From Candidatus Hodarchaeota archaeon (GTDB taxonomy: Archaea > Asgardarchaeota > Heimdallarchaeia > Hodarchaeales > Hodarchaeaceae), in the NCBI GenBank assembly GCA_048887065.1, contig JBHLKC010000011.1, forward strand, positions 1 through 32,000: a stretch of 32,000 nucleotides of DNA, given 5' to 3'. This document shows, piece by piece, positions 1 to 8,496 of the stretch (its first letter is position 1; each line of letters opens with the position of its first letter). Both the position numbers and the translations under genes were made by a program. The notes beneath the pieces are model-generated. The model was not told where the DNA came from. It did not search any database and worked only from the letters and a program-made list of their open reading frames with translations.

Positions 1-177
1 ATCAAGGTTGACGACTCACAGCGTACAAATATCCCACGAATTTATGCATGCGGTGATATTACTCCAGGCCAAGGACAGATTTCAGTTGCAGTTGGAGAAG
101 GGACTACTGCAGCGATATCAGCTTTTCTTGATATGAGGGGTGGAGATTGGTATGGAGAAGAAGTTACTAGTAGTTGA
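1..177 (+). CDS. trxB: thioredoxin-disulfide reductase, C-terminal fragment (5' end lies outside the window)
   Basis: Frame 1 is open from base 1 to TGA at 175-177. The translation [48 protein letters not shown]... carries the C-terminal FAD-binding IYA.GD motif and the GEG..AA segment of low-Mr TrxR. It is absent from the ORF track because it has no start in the window. Confidence 0.7.
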   Translation: MKVDDSQRTNIPRIYACGDITPGQGQISVAVGEGTTAAISAFLDMRGGDWYGEEVTSS

Positions 178-698
178 GATTCCTATTGCATCAAGAAGAA
201 CATAATGTTTCTGTTGCCATAGATAAAGTTTCGAACCACTTTTGTGCATCACATGCTTTGATCTCTAATAGGTATTGTGAAGGCATACACGGACACAATT
301 ATTTAGTTGATGTGAAAATCGAGGGAAATAAAGATCCTGAAGAGATACTTATCGATTTCATTTTTCTAGATAACCTTCTTAAAGAAATTACATCCAAGTT
401 CGATCATTACGTACTCATTCCATCTCAAAATAACTTGTTAAAAATCACCAGAAGTTCGGGTAATCTAGAATTGAGATATGGAGATCGCTTTTATTCAATT
501 CCCGAAAATGAAATCAAGTTATTAGAGTGTGCAAATATTACTGCTGAAACATTGGCTAGACTTTTAGGGGAAGAACTTTACAAACGCCTAAAAGGAGAAG
601 AATTTTGGAATAGAATTAATCAAATTAGACTCAGTGTCTGGGAAACAGAGTTCTATAAGGCTACTTATACCATTTTTCCCAATGATTCAAGAATTTAG
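174..698 (+). CDS. 6-pyruvoyl-tetrahydropterin synthase / QueD-like (PTPS family)
   Basis: 174-aa [31 protein letters not shown] matches the PTPS/QueD Cys...H.HGHNY zinc/catalytic signature. The TTG start overlaps the trxB stop (TTGA at 174-177). It sits next to an MptE-like gene. Confidence 0.65.
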   Translation: MRFLLHQEEHNVSVAIDKVSNHFCASHALISNRYCEGIHGHNYLVDVKIEGNKDPEEILIDFIFLDNLLKEITSKFDHYVLIPSQNNLLKITRSSGNLELRYGDRFYSIPENEIKLLECANITAETLARLLGEELYKRLKGEEFWNRINQIRLSVWETEFYKATYTIFPNDSRI

Positions 699-1473
699 GA
701 AATTTAATTCTTGGAAAGGTTGAAATCTCCTGTCCTTGGAATGTGAGATTAAAGCGAAGCCCTTTATATCGAGAGGGTAATGAATTAATTAAATCTAAAG
801 CAATTTCGAGCTTCTGCAGTTTTCTTTCTGTTGATTTCTCCTTATGTGAATATTGAGTACTATATTTTCCAATCGTGGTACCAAAATCAAATCCAACTAA
901 TCCTATTAAAGGGCATTGGAAATGAAGAGCTAAAAAAATAGCTCTATCTCCATCCGAAAACCCCCCAAAGTTAAAAAGAATTTGGTTTGGACTGCATTGA
1001 GTTGTTCCCCATACAGCACATTCTTTGAGGATTTCTTCATTCTTTTTAAGAAAGTGTGAAACAATGTCTTTATTATCACCATGGGCATGAATCAATGTTA
1101 AAACACCGTTCTTAATCGCCCATTCGATTGCTTTTAAATCCCCATCAAGATCAGTAACTACAAGGGTAGGAATAAGTTTTCTTTGTTGAAATAATTTAGT
1201 TGCACCATCAACTGCAATTAAAGATCCTTTTATGATAATATCGGTAGAAATCAAATTAAGTAAATCTTTTTCCAAAGAAGGCCCTGCCCCAGCAATAATT
1301 ACTGGTTGTCGAAGAACTGATTTCAATTTATAAAGAATTTGTGTCCTTTTATCTGGAGAACATTCCACAAAAAAGGTTTTCAGCAACTTTGTTGATTCTT
1401 TATCAGCTTTAACATTAAGACCTAGCTTATCAACGATCTTATAATATTGTTTTTGCCATTCTAGCCAATCCAT
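661..1473 (-). CDS. MptE-like 6-hydroxymethylpterin diphosphokinase (DUF115 family)
   Basis: 270-aa ORF with IIAGAGPSL (Rossmann-like), VVTDLDGD and HAHGDN motifs, as I recall them for the DUF115/MptE family. It is convergent with the PTPS-like gene, which is consistent with archaeal pterin (folate/methanopterin) biosynthesis. Confidence 0.55.
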   Translation of the reverse strand: MDWLEWQKQYYKIVDKLGLNVKADKESTKLLKTFFVECSPDKRTQILYKLKSVLRQPVIIAGAGPSLEKDLLNLISTDIIIKGSLIAVDGATKLFQQRKLIPTLVVTDLDGDLKAIEWAIKNGVLTLIHAHGDNKDIVSHFLKKNEEILKECAVWGTTQCSPNQILFNFGGFSDGDRAIFLALHFQCPLIGLVGFDFGTTIGKYSTQYSHKEKSTERKLQKLEIALDLINSLPSRYKGLRFNLTFQGQEISTFPRIKFPKFLNHWEKWYK

Positions 1474-1567
1474 TGACTCATCACATTTGAAAAAGATTCC
1501 AGGATTTGTTACGTGGTTCTGATTAGCATTAGACCAATTAATGGATTATTTACTTCAGCCTAACAAT

Positions 1568-1577
1568 AAATATAAAA
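1568..1577 (+). promoter_or_regulatory. possible TATA box for the 5S rRNA transcription unit
   Basis: AAATATAAAA lies about 70 nt upstream of the leader strand of the 5S processing helix. No other support. Confidence 0.25.
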
Positions 1578-1648
1578 GGACTCTTAACTTAGCTTCTATT
1601 GGTTTAAAATCTCATCAACGATTTAGTATCTGTTACATTAGCATGTGA

Positions 1649-1789
1649 GATTCTGCTGGAAGTTAAGTTAGGCTCCGTTCTGATCTGTACTGTTGTGCTC
1701 GCGCCAACGGGAAAATCGGAAAGCTGAGTATTGCTCGGCCAAAGGGCCTGAGTTACACCTGGTCTCATTCCGAACCCAGAAACAGGATC
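1649..1789 (+). other. bulge-helix-bulge (BHB) processing motif formed by the 5S leader and trailer
   Basis: Leader GATTCTG (1649-1655) pairs with trailer CAGGATC (1783-1789) over 7 bp. The central 4-bp helix is CTGG (1656-1659) with CCAG (1776-1779). The 3-nt bulges are AAG (1660-1662) and AAA (1780-1782), on opposite strands and each 3' of its helix strand. The inner pairs are TT (1663-1664) with AA (1773-1774). This is the 3-4-3 geometry recognised by the archaeal splicing endonuclease. Confidence 0.65.
1662..1781 (+). rRNA. rrf: 5S rRNA, circularly permuted gene (3' half - cap loop - 5' half)
   Basis: 1755-1779 ACACCTGGTCTCATTCCGAACCCAG closely matches the archaeal 5S helix III/loop C consensus ACACCCGGUCUCAUUUCGAACCCGG. 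Its expected continuation AAGUUAAG plus the rest of the molecule (AAGTTAAGTTAGGCTCCGTTCTGATCTGTACTG...GGGAAAATCGG, helix II return, loop E, helices IV/V) lies upstream at 1660-1719. Helix II is GGGCCTGA (1744-1751) with TTAGGCTC (1668-1675). Helix IV/V is CTGAT (1680-1684) with ATCGG (1715-1719). The helix I strands GCTGAG (1723-1728) and CTCGGC (1734-1739) are joined by the 5-nt loop TATTG. It is a GC-rich island in an ORF-free gap. Confidence 0.8.
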
Positions 1790-2113
1790 CCCTTGCTTTT
1801 AACATAATGAGATTTTAGCTATCTTAATTCCTTTTTTAAACTTTTTAAACTATTCGTTTTTACAAAAAATTATCTCTCTCTTTTTTTGGGTTACAAATCA
1901 ACTTCATAATGCATTTAATTCGGGGGATTATTGTTATAATAATCATAATCCTTGGTACATAATTAGTCAAAAAAATACTAATCACTCCGTAATGCTGATT
2001 CCTAGTATAGGGTGCACTTTTACACTTGCAACAGAAGATCTATCACTTTCAAATTATGAGAAGTTTATATCAGCATTTAAATTGTCATTTATCTTTACTC
2101 AAGGAGACATTAT

Positions 2114-3025
2114 ATGGTATATTCATCGATTGCTAGTAGTTACTTTGATGAATTTCCCTTCCGACGTCATGATCGTTGGAAAGCATCATCAGGCTACTTC
2201 TTTCTGTCTCATGCACATTCGGATCATACATCTGGACTAAAAAGTATTCTTACTGACCCTGATGCCACATTAGTATGCTCACATGAGACTGCAGCGATAA
2301 TTAAGGTGATCCATAATATTCCACGAGAAAAATGTCTGATTATTAAACCCAATCAATCTCTGAGTTTCGATAAATTTATTGTACATGCTTTAGATGCGAA
2401 CCATTGCTTGGGGAGTTTATTGTTTGTTATTGAATCATCAAAAGGATTGAAGGAAGTTTACACAGGTGACTTTCGATTAGGGCCCCCAATAATGGATGAG
2501 CTGAATTTATTACAAGGAGCTAATCATCTTTGGGTAGATTATACATATGGAAAAGAATCATTATTTCAATTTCCATCTAGAGAAAAAATTATTAGCGAAA
2601 TTCTTACTTTTATTTTATCAGAAGGAGATTTTCCCGAAAAAGATATTTGGATCGCTGCATACAAGATTGGAAAAGAATTATTACTTAAAACGATTAGTGA
2701 AGCCCTTAAGACTAAAATTTGGGCCTCAGACCAAAAAGTTAAAATCTATAAAGAAATTGGTGGAGAATGGGACTTTTTTACAAATGATCAGGAGTGTTTC
2801 ATAAGAGTTGGGAGTCGAAGGATGGTTGAAGATTTAAAAGGAATAAAGGAAGAAGATAAAGCCAAAATGATGGATGCACTCCGTATCTCGCCTACAGGGT
2901 GGGCAATACGTTTAAATAATAAACGATTAGATGTTCATTTCTTTCCATATAGTGACCATTGCTCATTTTCAGAAGTTCGCAAATTTATCGAGCTAGTTAA
3001 AGCAAAAAATATTACATACATTTAA
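2114..3025 (+). CDS. SNM1/PSO2 (DCLRE1)-like metallo-beta-lactamase / beta-CASP DNA nuclease
   Basis: 303-aa ORF. It has LSHAHSDHTSGL (HxHxDH), EVYTGDFRLGP, WVDYTYG and FPYSDHCSFSEVRKFIELV. These match the YTGDFR / D.TY / YSEHSS..EL motif series of the eukaryotic SNM1/Artemis DRMBL family, from memory. Confidence 0.7.
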   Translation: MVYSSIASSYFDEFPFRRHDRWKASSGYFFLSHAHSDHTSGLKSILTDPDATLVCSHETAAIIKVIHNIPREKCLIIKPNQSLSFDKFIVHALDANHCLGSLLFVIESSKGLKEVYTGDFRLGPPIMDELNLLQGANHLWVDYTYGKESLFQFPSREKIISEILTFILSEGDFPEKDIWIAAYKIGKELLLKTISEALKTKIWASDQKVKIYKEIGGEWDFFTNDQECFIRVGSRRMVEDLKGIKEEDKAKMMDALRISPTGWAIRLNNKRLDVHFFPYSDHCSFSEVRKFIELVKAKNITYI

Positions 3026-3094
3026 TCAAAATATTTAACTTGAAAGTAGGCAAAAATCTTTGTCAAACTCTTCCGTACAAATAATCTAAAGAGA

Positions 3095-5305
3095 ATGGAA
3101 ACTACTTTGAAAGTGAAAAAACTTCGAGACATACGTGGTATCGGCCCTTCTGTTGAAGAGAAACTGATTTCTACTTTCGGAAGCGAAAAATTAGTAATGA
3201 ATGCATTACGAGAATCTCGAATTGCAGAAATATCCTCTATCGAGGGAATTGGCGAACGTTTTGCTCTAAATCTATGTCGCAATCTATATTATCAGGAAAC
3301 TGGTGACGAAATCCATAATTTCCTGAAAACCGAAGATGCAATCATCCTCTACAATCGAATTGTGGAAATTATATCTAATTATGCTAATACCACTTATGCG
3401 AGATCAAGACTCTTTCTTTACTTTCCTCTACCAATTTCAGCTTTAAACAAGATAAAAGAGCGACAACGAATATCACAATTAGCCCAACATCTTTTCTTTT
3501 TAGTAAATCAATCTCCCTATTCAATCAAAGATTACGATATTTTATTACGACGTATTTCGCCACTTAAAGAAAAAACTGGTCAATTGGATACAGCAGCAAG
3601 GATTGTCTTAACAACAGATGAACAAATACATGAAGAGCTTTCAAAGAATGAAATAGGCAAATACTGCGAGATCATCTTTAAAAATGATATAGAGGAAATT
3701 TCTGATTTTATTAAAGATTATGATGAAGTGATATGGATTGGTTCAGACTTAATGTTTGAGGAAGAATTCCCAAATATATCCGTTGTGTCGGAATCCCAGC
3801 GCAATGATTTGATTCAGATTATCCCCGAAAAAACCCTTAGCTTTTTTGCACAAAACAAAATGACCCTAAAGTCGATTTCTAAGCTAGCCAAAATTCTTAA
3901 AACTATACCTAGAATCGAATTAAACAATTATATAGCAGACTTGGATCTTAATATGCTAATTGAAATGGGAAAAGAGCTCATTAACCTTGAAGAGTCAGGT
4001 GAACCTACTCGAGAACTTAATGAGGAATACTCTCGTCTTTTTAGAGCTGAAAATATCTTCGAAAATAAGTTGAGTGAAATACTGATCAACCTTAACGAGG
4101 AATTGGAAAGTAAGCTCCAAGATACAACTGTCCAATTGGGAGGTGAAAAAATCCTTGCCCTATTAAAAGGAATGTCTATTGAAGAACAAGGATATTCCCC
4201 AGAAAGCGGTAAATCAGACTTACGTGAGTTTCTCGATGATGAGTTATATTTAGCTGTTGAGGAAATCATAACTCGTGCTGAAGAAAATTTAATTAAAGCC
4301 TTAGATCTCCGAAATGATGAATCCGAGTACATTACAGGGATATTTCCTCGGGAACTTCGATACCCAATTGATCCAATGGAGGATATATCTAATCGTTTGA
4401 AAATGTATTTACGACAAAGAAGGGCAACTAAGGCCTTTGAACTTAAGGTGACATTAGCTAAATCTTTATTACGTTTTGAGAACGTGGCTAAACAAGCCTT
4501 GGGCTGCATGCTTGAGCTAGATTACTTCTTAATGATTGGAAAATTCGCGTATGAATATAATCTGGTTTTACCAGAGCTTCTAGAAGATCAGAAGACTGGT
4601 TTACTTGTTGAAGAAAGCCAAAATCTATTCTTGGCTCAACAAGAAAAACGAGGGGTTTTGAAGGTTATTCCTGTGTCATATGCAGTGGGAGAGATAGGGA
4701 AAATTGATAATATCGTCAATGGAGAACGAATCATCCTTCTATCTGGAGCAAACAGTGGTGGGAAAACCACCTTGCTAATTTCAATTGCAATTATGGTCAT
4801 CCTTGGCCAGATGGGGCTTCCAATACCTTGTAAGAAAGCAAAACTTGCAGGATTTATGGAACTTCATTATTATAGGAAAGCAGCTGGTCAGATGGATGCA
4901 GGTGCTTTTGAAACCGCACTACGCACTTTTTCCCAAATGATAATGAGTCCCAACTCACGATTGGTTCTAGCAGATGAAATGGAAAGTATATCTGAACCAG
5001 GTGCATCTGCAAGAGTCATTGCGGCTTTTTTGGACTTACTAAGTCGTTCTCAAAACTCTGTTGGGATTTTTGTGACTCATCTCGCTCAAGAAATAGCCAA
5101 GTATACCAAAGAAAAACATCGGATTGATGGAATAGAAGCTCGAGGACTTTCCGAAGATCTGGAATTAATAGTAAACCGTACTCCTGTTTATTATAAATAT
5201 GCAAAATCAACACCTGAACTAATAGTTCAACGATTGCAGCAGATTTCAAAGGGAGAAGAGAAAAACATCTACTCCTACATCTTAGACTCATTCAAAAGTA
5301 ATTAA
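3095..5305 (+). CDS. MutS-family ATPase (archaeal MutS2/MutS5-like) with N-terminal helix-hairpin-helix
   Basis: 736-aa ORF. The N-terminus LRDIRGIGPSVEEKL...ISSIEGIGERFA holds two HhH-like GIG motifs. The C-terminus has MutS domain V features: Walker A GANSGGKTTLL, Walker B LVLADEMES, and VTHL. I see no recognisable mismatch-binding domain I. Confidence 0.7.
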   Translation: METTLKVKKLRDIRGIGPSVEEKLISTFGSEKLVMNALRESRIAEISSIEGIGERFALNLCRNLYYQETGDEIHNFLKTEDAIILYNRIVEIISNYANTTYARSRLFLYFPLPISALNKIKERQRISQLAQHLFFLVNQSPYSIKDYDILLRRISPLKEKTGQLDTAARIVLTTDEQIHEELSKNEIGKYCEIIFKNDIEEISDFIKDYDEVIWIGSDLMFEEEFPNISVVSESQRNDLIQIIPEKTLSFFAQNKMTLKSISKLAKILKTIPRIELNNYIADLDLNMLIEMGKELINLEESGEPTRELNEEYSRLFRAENIFENKLSEILINLNEELESKLQDTTVQLGGEKILALLKGMSIEEQGYSPESGKSDLREFLDDELYLAVEEIITRAEENLIKALDLRNDESEYITGIFPRELRYPIDPMEDISNRLKMYLRQRRATKAFELKVTLAKSLLRFENVAKQALGCMLELDYFLMIGKFAYEYNLVLPELLEDQKTGLLVEESQNLFLAQQEKRGVLKVIPVSYAVGEIGKIDNIVNGERIILLSGANSGGKTTLLISIAIMVILGQMGLPIPCKKAKLAGFMELHYYRKAAGQMDAGAFETALRTFSQMIMSPNSRLVLADEMESISEPGASARVIAAFLDLLSRSQNSVGIFVTHLAQEIAKYTKEKHRIDGIEARGLSEDLELIVNRTPVYYKYAKSTPELIVQRLQQISKGEEKNIYSYILDSFKSN

Positions 5306-5331
5306 TATCTACTAAAAACCAGAAAAAATAA

Positions 5332-5405
5332 TGGGCCGGAACGGATTTGAACCATCGTCCTCCAGTGTGTGAGACTGGCGTCATACCGAGCTAGACCACC
5401 GGCCC
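5332..5405 (-). tRNA. tRNA-Val (anticodon CAC)
   Basis: The reverse complement is GGGCCGG TG GTCTAGCTCGGTATGAC G CCAGT CTCACAC ACTGG AGGAC GATGG TTCAAAT CCGTT CCGGCCC A. This is a complete cloverleaf of 74 nt with no intron and no encoded CCA. Confidence 0.9.
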
Positions 5406-5634
5406 ATGATATTCTTAGATTGAAAACTCTGATTTCTAGCTAAATAAAGGAACTGGATGAGGATCTATTAAAAATTTAGGGTAGAAAAATTTGTAACAGA
5501 TAATTCTTTATCTATTCTCAAATATATCTTAATTCTTCTTAATACTGGTATATGAGGTTATTGGGGATTAGATTATCGATCTGTTGTATTAAACGGAAAT
5601 TTTCTTGTATCAACAAATAACAATAATTTTTTGA

Positions 5635-6363
5635 TCATCGTTGAGGTTCTACTTTTAAAATAAGCTGATTCTCTGCGATTCCAATAACCTCTATATCCTC
5701 ATTTTCACCAATTTTAACATCAGATTGAGCTTTCCAAATTGCTCCCCCTACTTTTACACGTCCTTCTTGATAAGGTGTTATGATTGATACTGTCTTGCCA
5801 ATCATGCCAATGATACTTGTTTTTTCACCAACAACTGGAGTAATTTTTTGTGATTTCCTAACTTTCAACCAAATAATCATGACTACTATCCCGAGAAAAC
5901 CAATGCTATATGCAAGACCACGAATGACATCTCCCCATAACATATAACCAGCTGTAGCTCCTAGTATACCAATACCAATCAAAAAAGGCAAGAAAGGCGT
6001 CAGGAAGCTGAAATCACCGCCTTGAGAGAACATAAAACCCAAAATAACCAATAGAAAGATTAGAATTAAGGGCCAAGTAAATGCTTGCGTCTCTGAAGTT
6101 TGACTAACAAAGTCAGTTAAAAGTGTTAGCACTATCGCCATTATTAGAATTATCGGGAGTAAGTTAAGAAGTTCTACAGCACCCCCACTGGCAAACCATT
6201 GAATAAAAACAATTATGATGGAGATTAAGAAGATTAAAAATCCAATATTATAGATTATTGTCGCCAGTTGAATATCTAAAGGTCCAAGTAAAGAACCAAT
6301 AAACATTAGAAAAATACCAAATGGAATTCCTGAAATGGGAACTTGTTGAGGATCAACAGCCAT
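5635..6363 (-). CDS. NfeD-family membrane protein
   Basis: 242-aa ORF with multiple N-terminal TM helices and a C-terminal soluble OB-like tail, GMIGKTVSIITPYQEGRVKVGGAIWKAQSD...IEVIGIAENQLILKVEP, typical of NfeD. Confidence 0.65.
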   Translation of the reverse strand: MAVDPQQVPISGIPFGIFLMFIGSLLGPLDIQLATIIYNIGFLIFLISIIIVFIQWFASGGAVELLNLLPIILIMAIVLTLLTDFVSQTSETQAFTWPLILIFLLVILGFMFSQGGDFSFLTPFLPFLIGIGILGATAGYMLWGDVIRGLAYSIGFLGIVVMIIWLKVRKSQKITPVVGEKTSIIGMIGKTVSIITPYQEGRVKVGGAIWKAQSDVKIGENEDIEVIGIAENQLILKVEPQR

Positions 6364-6588
6364 TTTTACTCAGTTTATATAATGCGATTGACGATCTTTT
6401 AGATTTTTCGATAAAAGAATTTTAACTCTATCATACATCTGTCTTTATATTCCTCATCTTATGACATTCTTTTTTTCTTCCTTAAGAGGAAATTTGGAAA
6501 TGAATAGCTAACAAAAATTCACCTTTTTCTTCATCTAAAAGAAAAAATACAAATTTTCACGATTAAATGGCAAACCAATTGATGAAAA

Positions 6589-7965
6589 ATGTTAGAAATA
6601 TCAGTCTTTGGCTCTGCGGATTCAGTGGGCAAATCTTGCATAATGATTTCTGATAAGGATCGTCGTATAGTATTAGATGCAGGAATACAGCTCCATCCAC
6701 GGAAATCTGGTAGACTTTCAACACCCCCTGAGGGAATTGATGAACTTACACTCGATATCGACTCTGTTTTAATATCACATGCTCACATAGATCATTCTGC
6801 TTATGTTCCAGCGCTTTATCGTGCGGGTTATTCTGGACCTGTCCATATGACATTACCTACTAAAGAAATCGTAAAAATACTCTGGAAGGATCATTTAAAG
6901 ATTGAAGGTCCACATCACTATGGGATATCTCATTTACATGCTGCTCTTCAGAAAACGAATACCCACGAATATGAGAACAAATTTAAAATCGCTAATGGTA
7001 TAACAGCTGAATTTCATGACGCAAGCCATATTCTAGGAAGTGCTGGAATCCTTCTTGATTGGGAGGGGACACGGATCTTCTATACTGGAGATTTTAATGA
7101 CACTAAGACACCTTTTCATGATCCTAATTTTCCTGATCCTGATGAACAAATTGATATATTACTCATTGAAACAACAAATGCTAATCGTAAAATAACTACC
7201 AGAAAAGAAGCTAAATCATATCTAACTAAGTCTTTGTTGGAGTGTTATTCGCGTGGAGGAAGAGCAATTATTCCATCATTTGCTCTTGGCCGATCTCAAG
7301 AGATACAAGCATATTTAACTAGCGATTTTGATACTTTTCTCTGGAAGTACCCTTTGATCATTGATGGTATGATCTTAGACATGAATGCAGTCTATCAGAA
7401 ATATATGAGCAAAAAATGGGTTTCTCCTCGGATTCTTATAGAAATGAACGAAAAAGGTCTTCGATCTCCCTTTGAGCATGATGGAATTAGAACTATTGAT
7501 GAGGTGTCACATACTAGAAAAAGAGTCAAAAACCGTGAAAAATTGGTCTCTCAAAATAAGCCTGCTATTATTCTTACAACATCAGGAATGCTTGAAGGAG
7601 GACCTGTTTATGATTATCTTAGATTTGGGGGAAATGACTCTCTAAATGGATTATATATTGTTGGTTACCAAGTTGAAGGTACACTTGGGTCCGAAATTCT
7701 TTCAGGCCAAAGAAATCTTATGTTAGACAATGGATATGGAGAGACATTCAACGTTAATTTAGCTTTAGAAGTAAAAAACTTTTCATTTTCAGGCCATTCC
7801 TCATTAGAGGGACTAATTCAAATGGTACGATATACCTCTCCTAGTAATATATATGCCATTCATGGAGAACCTGATGCTCAAATACGTTATTCCCAAGCTT
7901 TAGAAGAGATTGGAGTATATGCGAATATAATGATATCATCTGATGTTCTCCCCGAGTTCCCATGA
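6589..7965 (+). CDS. beta-CASP metallo-beta-lactamase ribonuclease (aCPSF2 / RNase J-like)
   Basis: 458-aa ORF with ISHAHIDHSAY (HxHxDH), YTGDF, a beta-CASP middle region and C-terminal FSGHSS...IHGEP (motif C / RMMBL). It has no KH domains, so it is the short aCPSF2-like form. Confidence 0.75.
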   Translation: MLEISVFGSADSVGKSCIMISDKDRRIVLDAGIQLHPRKSGRLSTPPEGIDELTLDIDSVLISHAHIDHSAYVPALYRAGYSGPVHMTLPTKEIVKILWKDHLKIEGPHHYGISHLHAALQKTNTHEYENKFKIANGITAEFHDASHILGSAGILLDWEGTRIFYTGDFNDTKTPFHDPNFPDPDEQIDILLIETTNANRKITTRKEAKSYLTKSLLECYSRGGRAIIPSFALGRSQEIQAYLTSDFDTFLWKYPLIIDGMILDMNAVYQKYMSKKWVSPRILIEMNEKGLRSPFEHDGIRTIDEVSHTRKRVKNREKLVSQNKPAIILTTSGMLEGGPVYDYLRFGGNDSLNGLYIVGYQVEGTLGSEILSGQRNLMLDNGYGETFNVNLALEVKNFSFSGHSSLEGLIQMVRYTSPSNIYAIHGEPDAQIRYSQALEEIGVYANIMISSDVLPEFP

Positions 7966-8057
7966 CAAAATTTAATACGAAATCGCGCTTATTTGTAGTA
8001 ACAGATTTATTATTAAATTGAATATCATTTGTAAAATCAATAGGGGACGAATTTTCA

Positions 8058-8489
8058 TTGGTAAAAAAATCCGTGGTGATTAATAAAATTGCCTATCGTC
8101 ACATAACAGATTTACTTTTGGAAAAATCTGACATTGAGCTTGTAAGCCTTGGGTTTGGATTTTTTAATGAGTCCCAGATTTTGATAACGAATTTTGTGCG
8201 TATGCGAAACTTAGATGAGTCTCCTATCAGTTTTTCATTAGATTATGAAGAAATGTATAAAGAAATTCAGAATCACGAGAAAGAAGGGAAGTCTTTAATC
8301 GGTTTCTTTCATAGCCATCCACATGATTCTAGATTATACCCTTCACAAAAAGATATTCATTTTATGAGGAATTGGCCTTATCCATACTTATGGCTACTCG
8401 GAAGTAGTAATTCTAAACCTAATCTAATGATTTATGCCTTAGTAGACGAAAAAATTCAAAGAATCGATTTTTCAGTAAAAGAATTTTGA
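8058..8489 (+). CDS. JAB1/MPN/Mov34 (JAMM) metalloprotease
   Basis: 143-aa ORF. GFFHSHPHDSRLYPSQKDIHFM fits the JAMM motif HxHx7Sx2D, with upstream Glu residues. An AGGGGA SD-like element lies 10 nt before the TTG start. Confidence 0.75.
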   Translation: MVKKSVVINKIAYRHITDLLLEKSDIELVSLGFGFFNESQILITNFVRMRNLDESPISFSLDYEEMYKEIQNHEKEGKSLIGFFHSHPHDSRLYPSQKDIHFMRNWPYPYLWLLGSSNSKPNLMIYALVDEKIQRIDFSVKEF

Positions 8490-8496
8490 TTTTCTA

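Noticed and set aside
661-698. 38-nt 3'-end overlap of the convergent PTPS-like and MptE-like genes
   Set aside because: It is probably just tail-to-tail overlap of non-conserved C-terminal residues, or a slightly early true stop. There is no evidence of functional significance.
1992-2240. 82-aa ORF overlapping the start of the SNM1-like gene
   Set aside because: It overlaps a well-supported gene in another frame and has hydrophobic low-complexity, AT-driven composition with no motif. It is most likely spurious.
3928-4509. 193-aa antisense ORF inside the MutS-like gene. Similar shadow ORFs are 2547..2804, 3022..3282, 5016..5291, 10324..10506, 10888..11088, 12066..12284, 12654..12839, 13056..13364, 15966..16154, 17529..17855, 20422..20625, 20782..21057, 22622..22855, 23768..24040, 24145..24357, 27246..27470, 27670..28038 and 31196..31396.
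   Set aside because: All lie antisense to, or out of frame within, ORFs that have clear family motifs. They are Ser/Leu/Ile-rich, as expected for shadow frames in AT-rich DNA.
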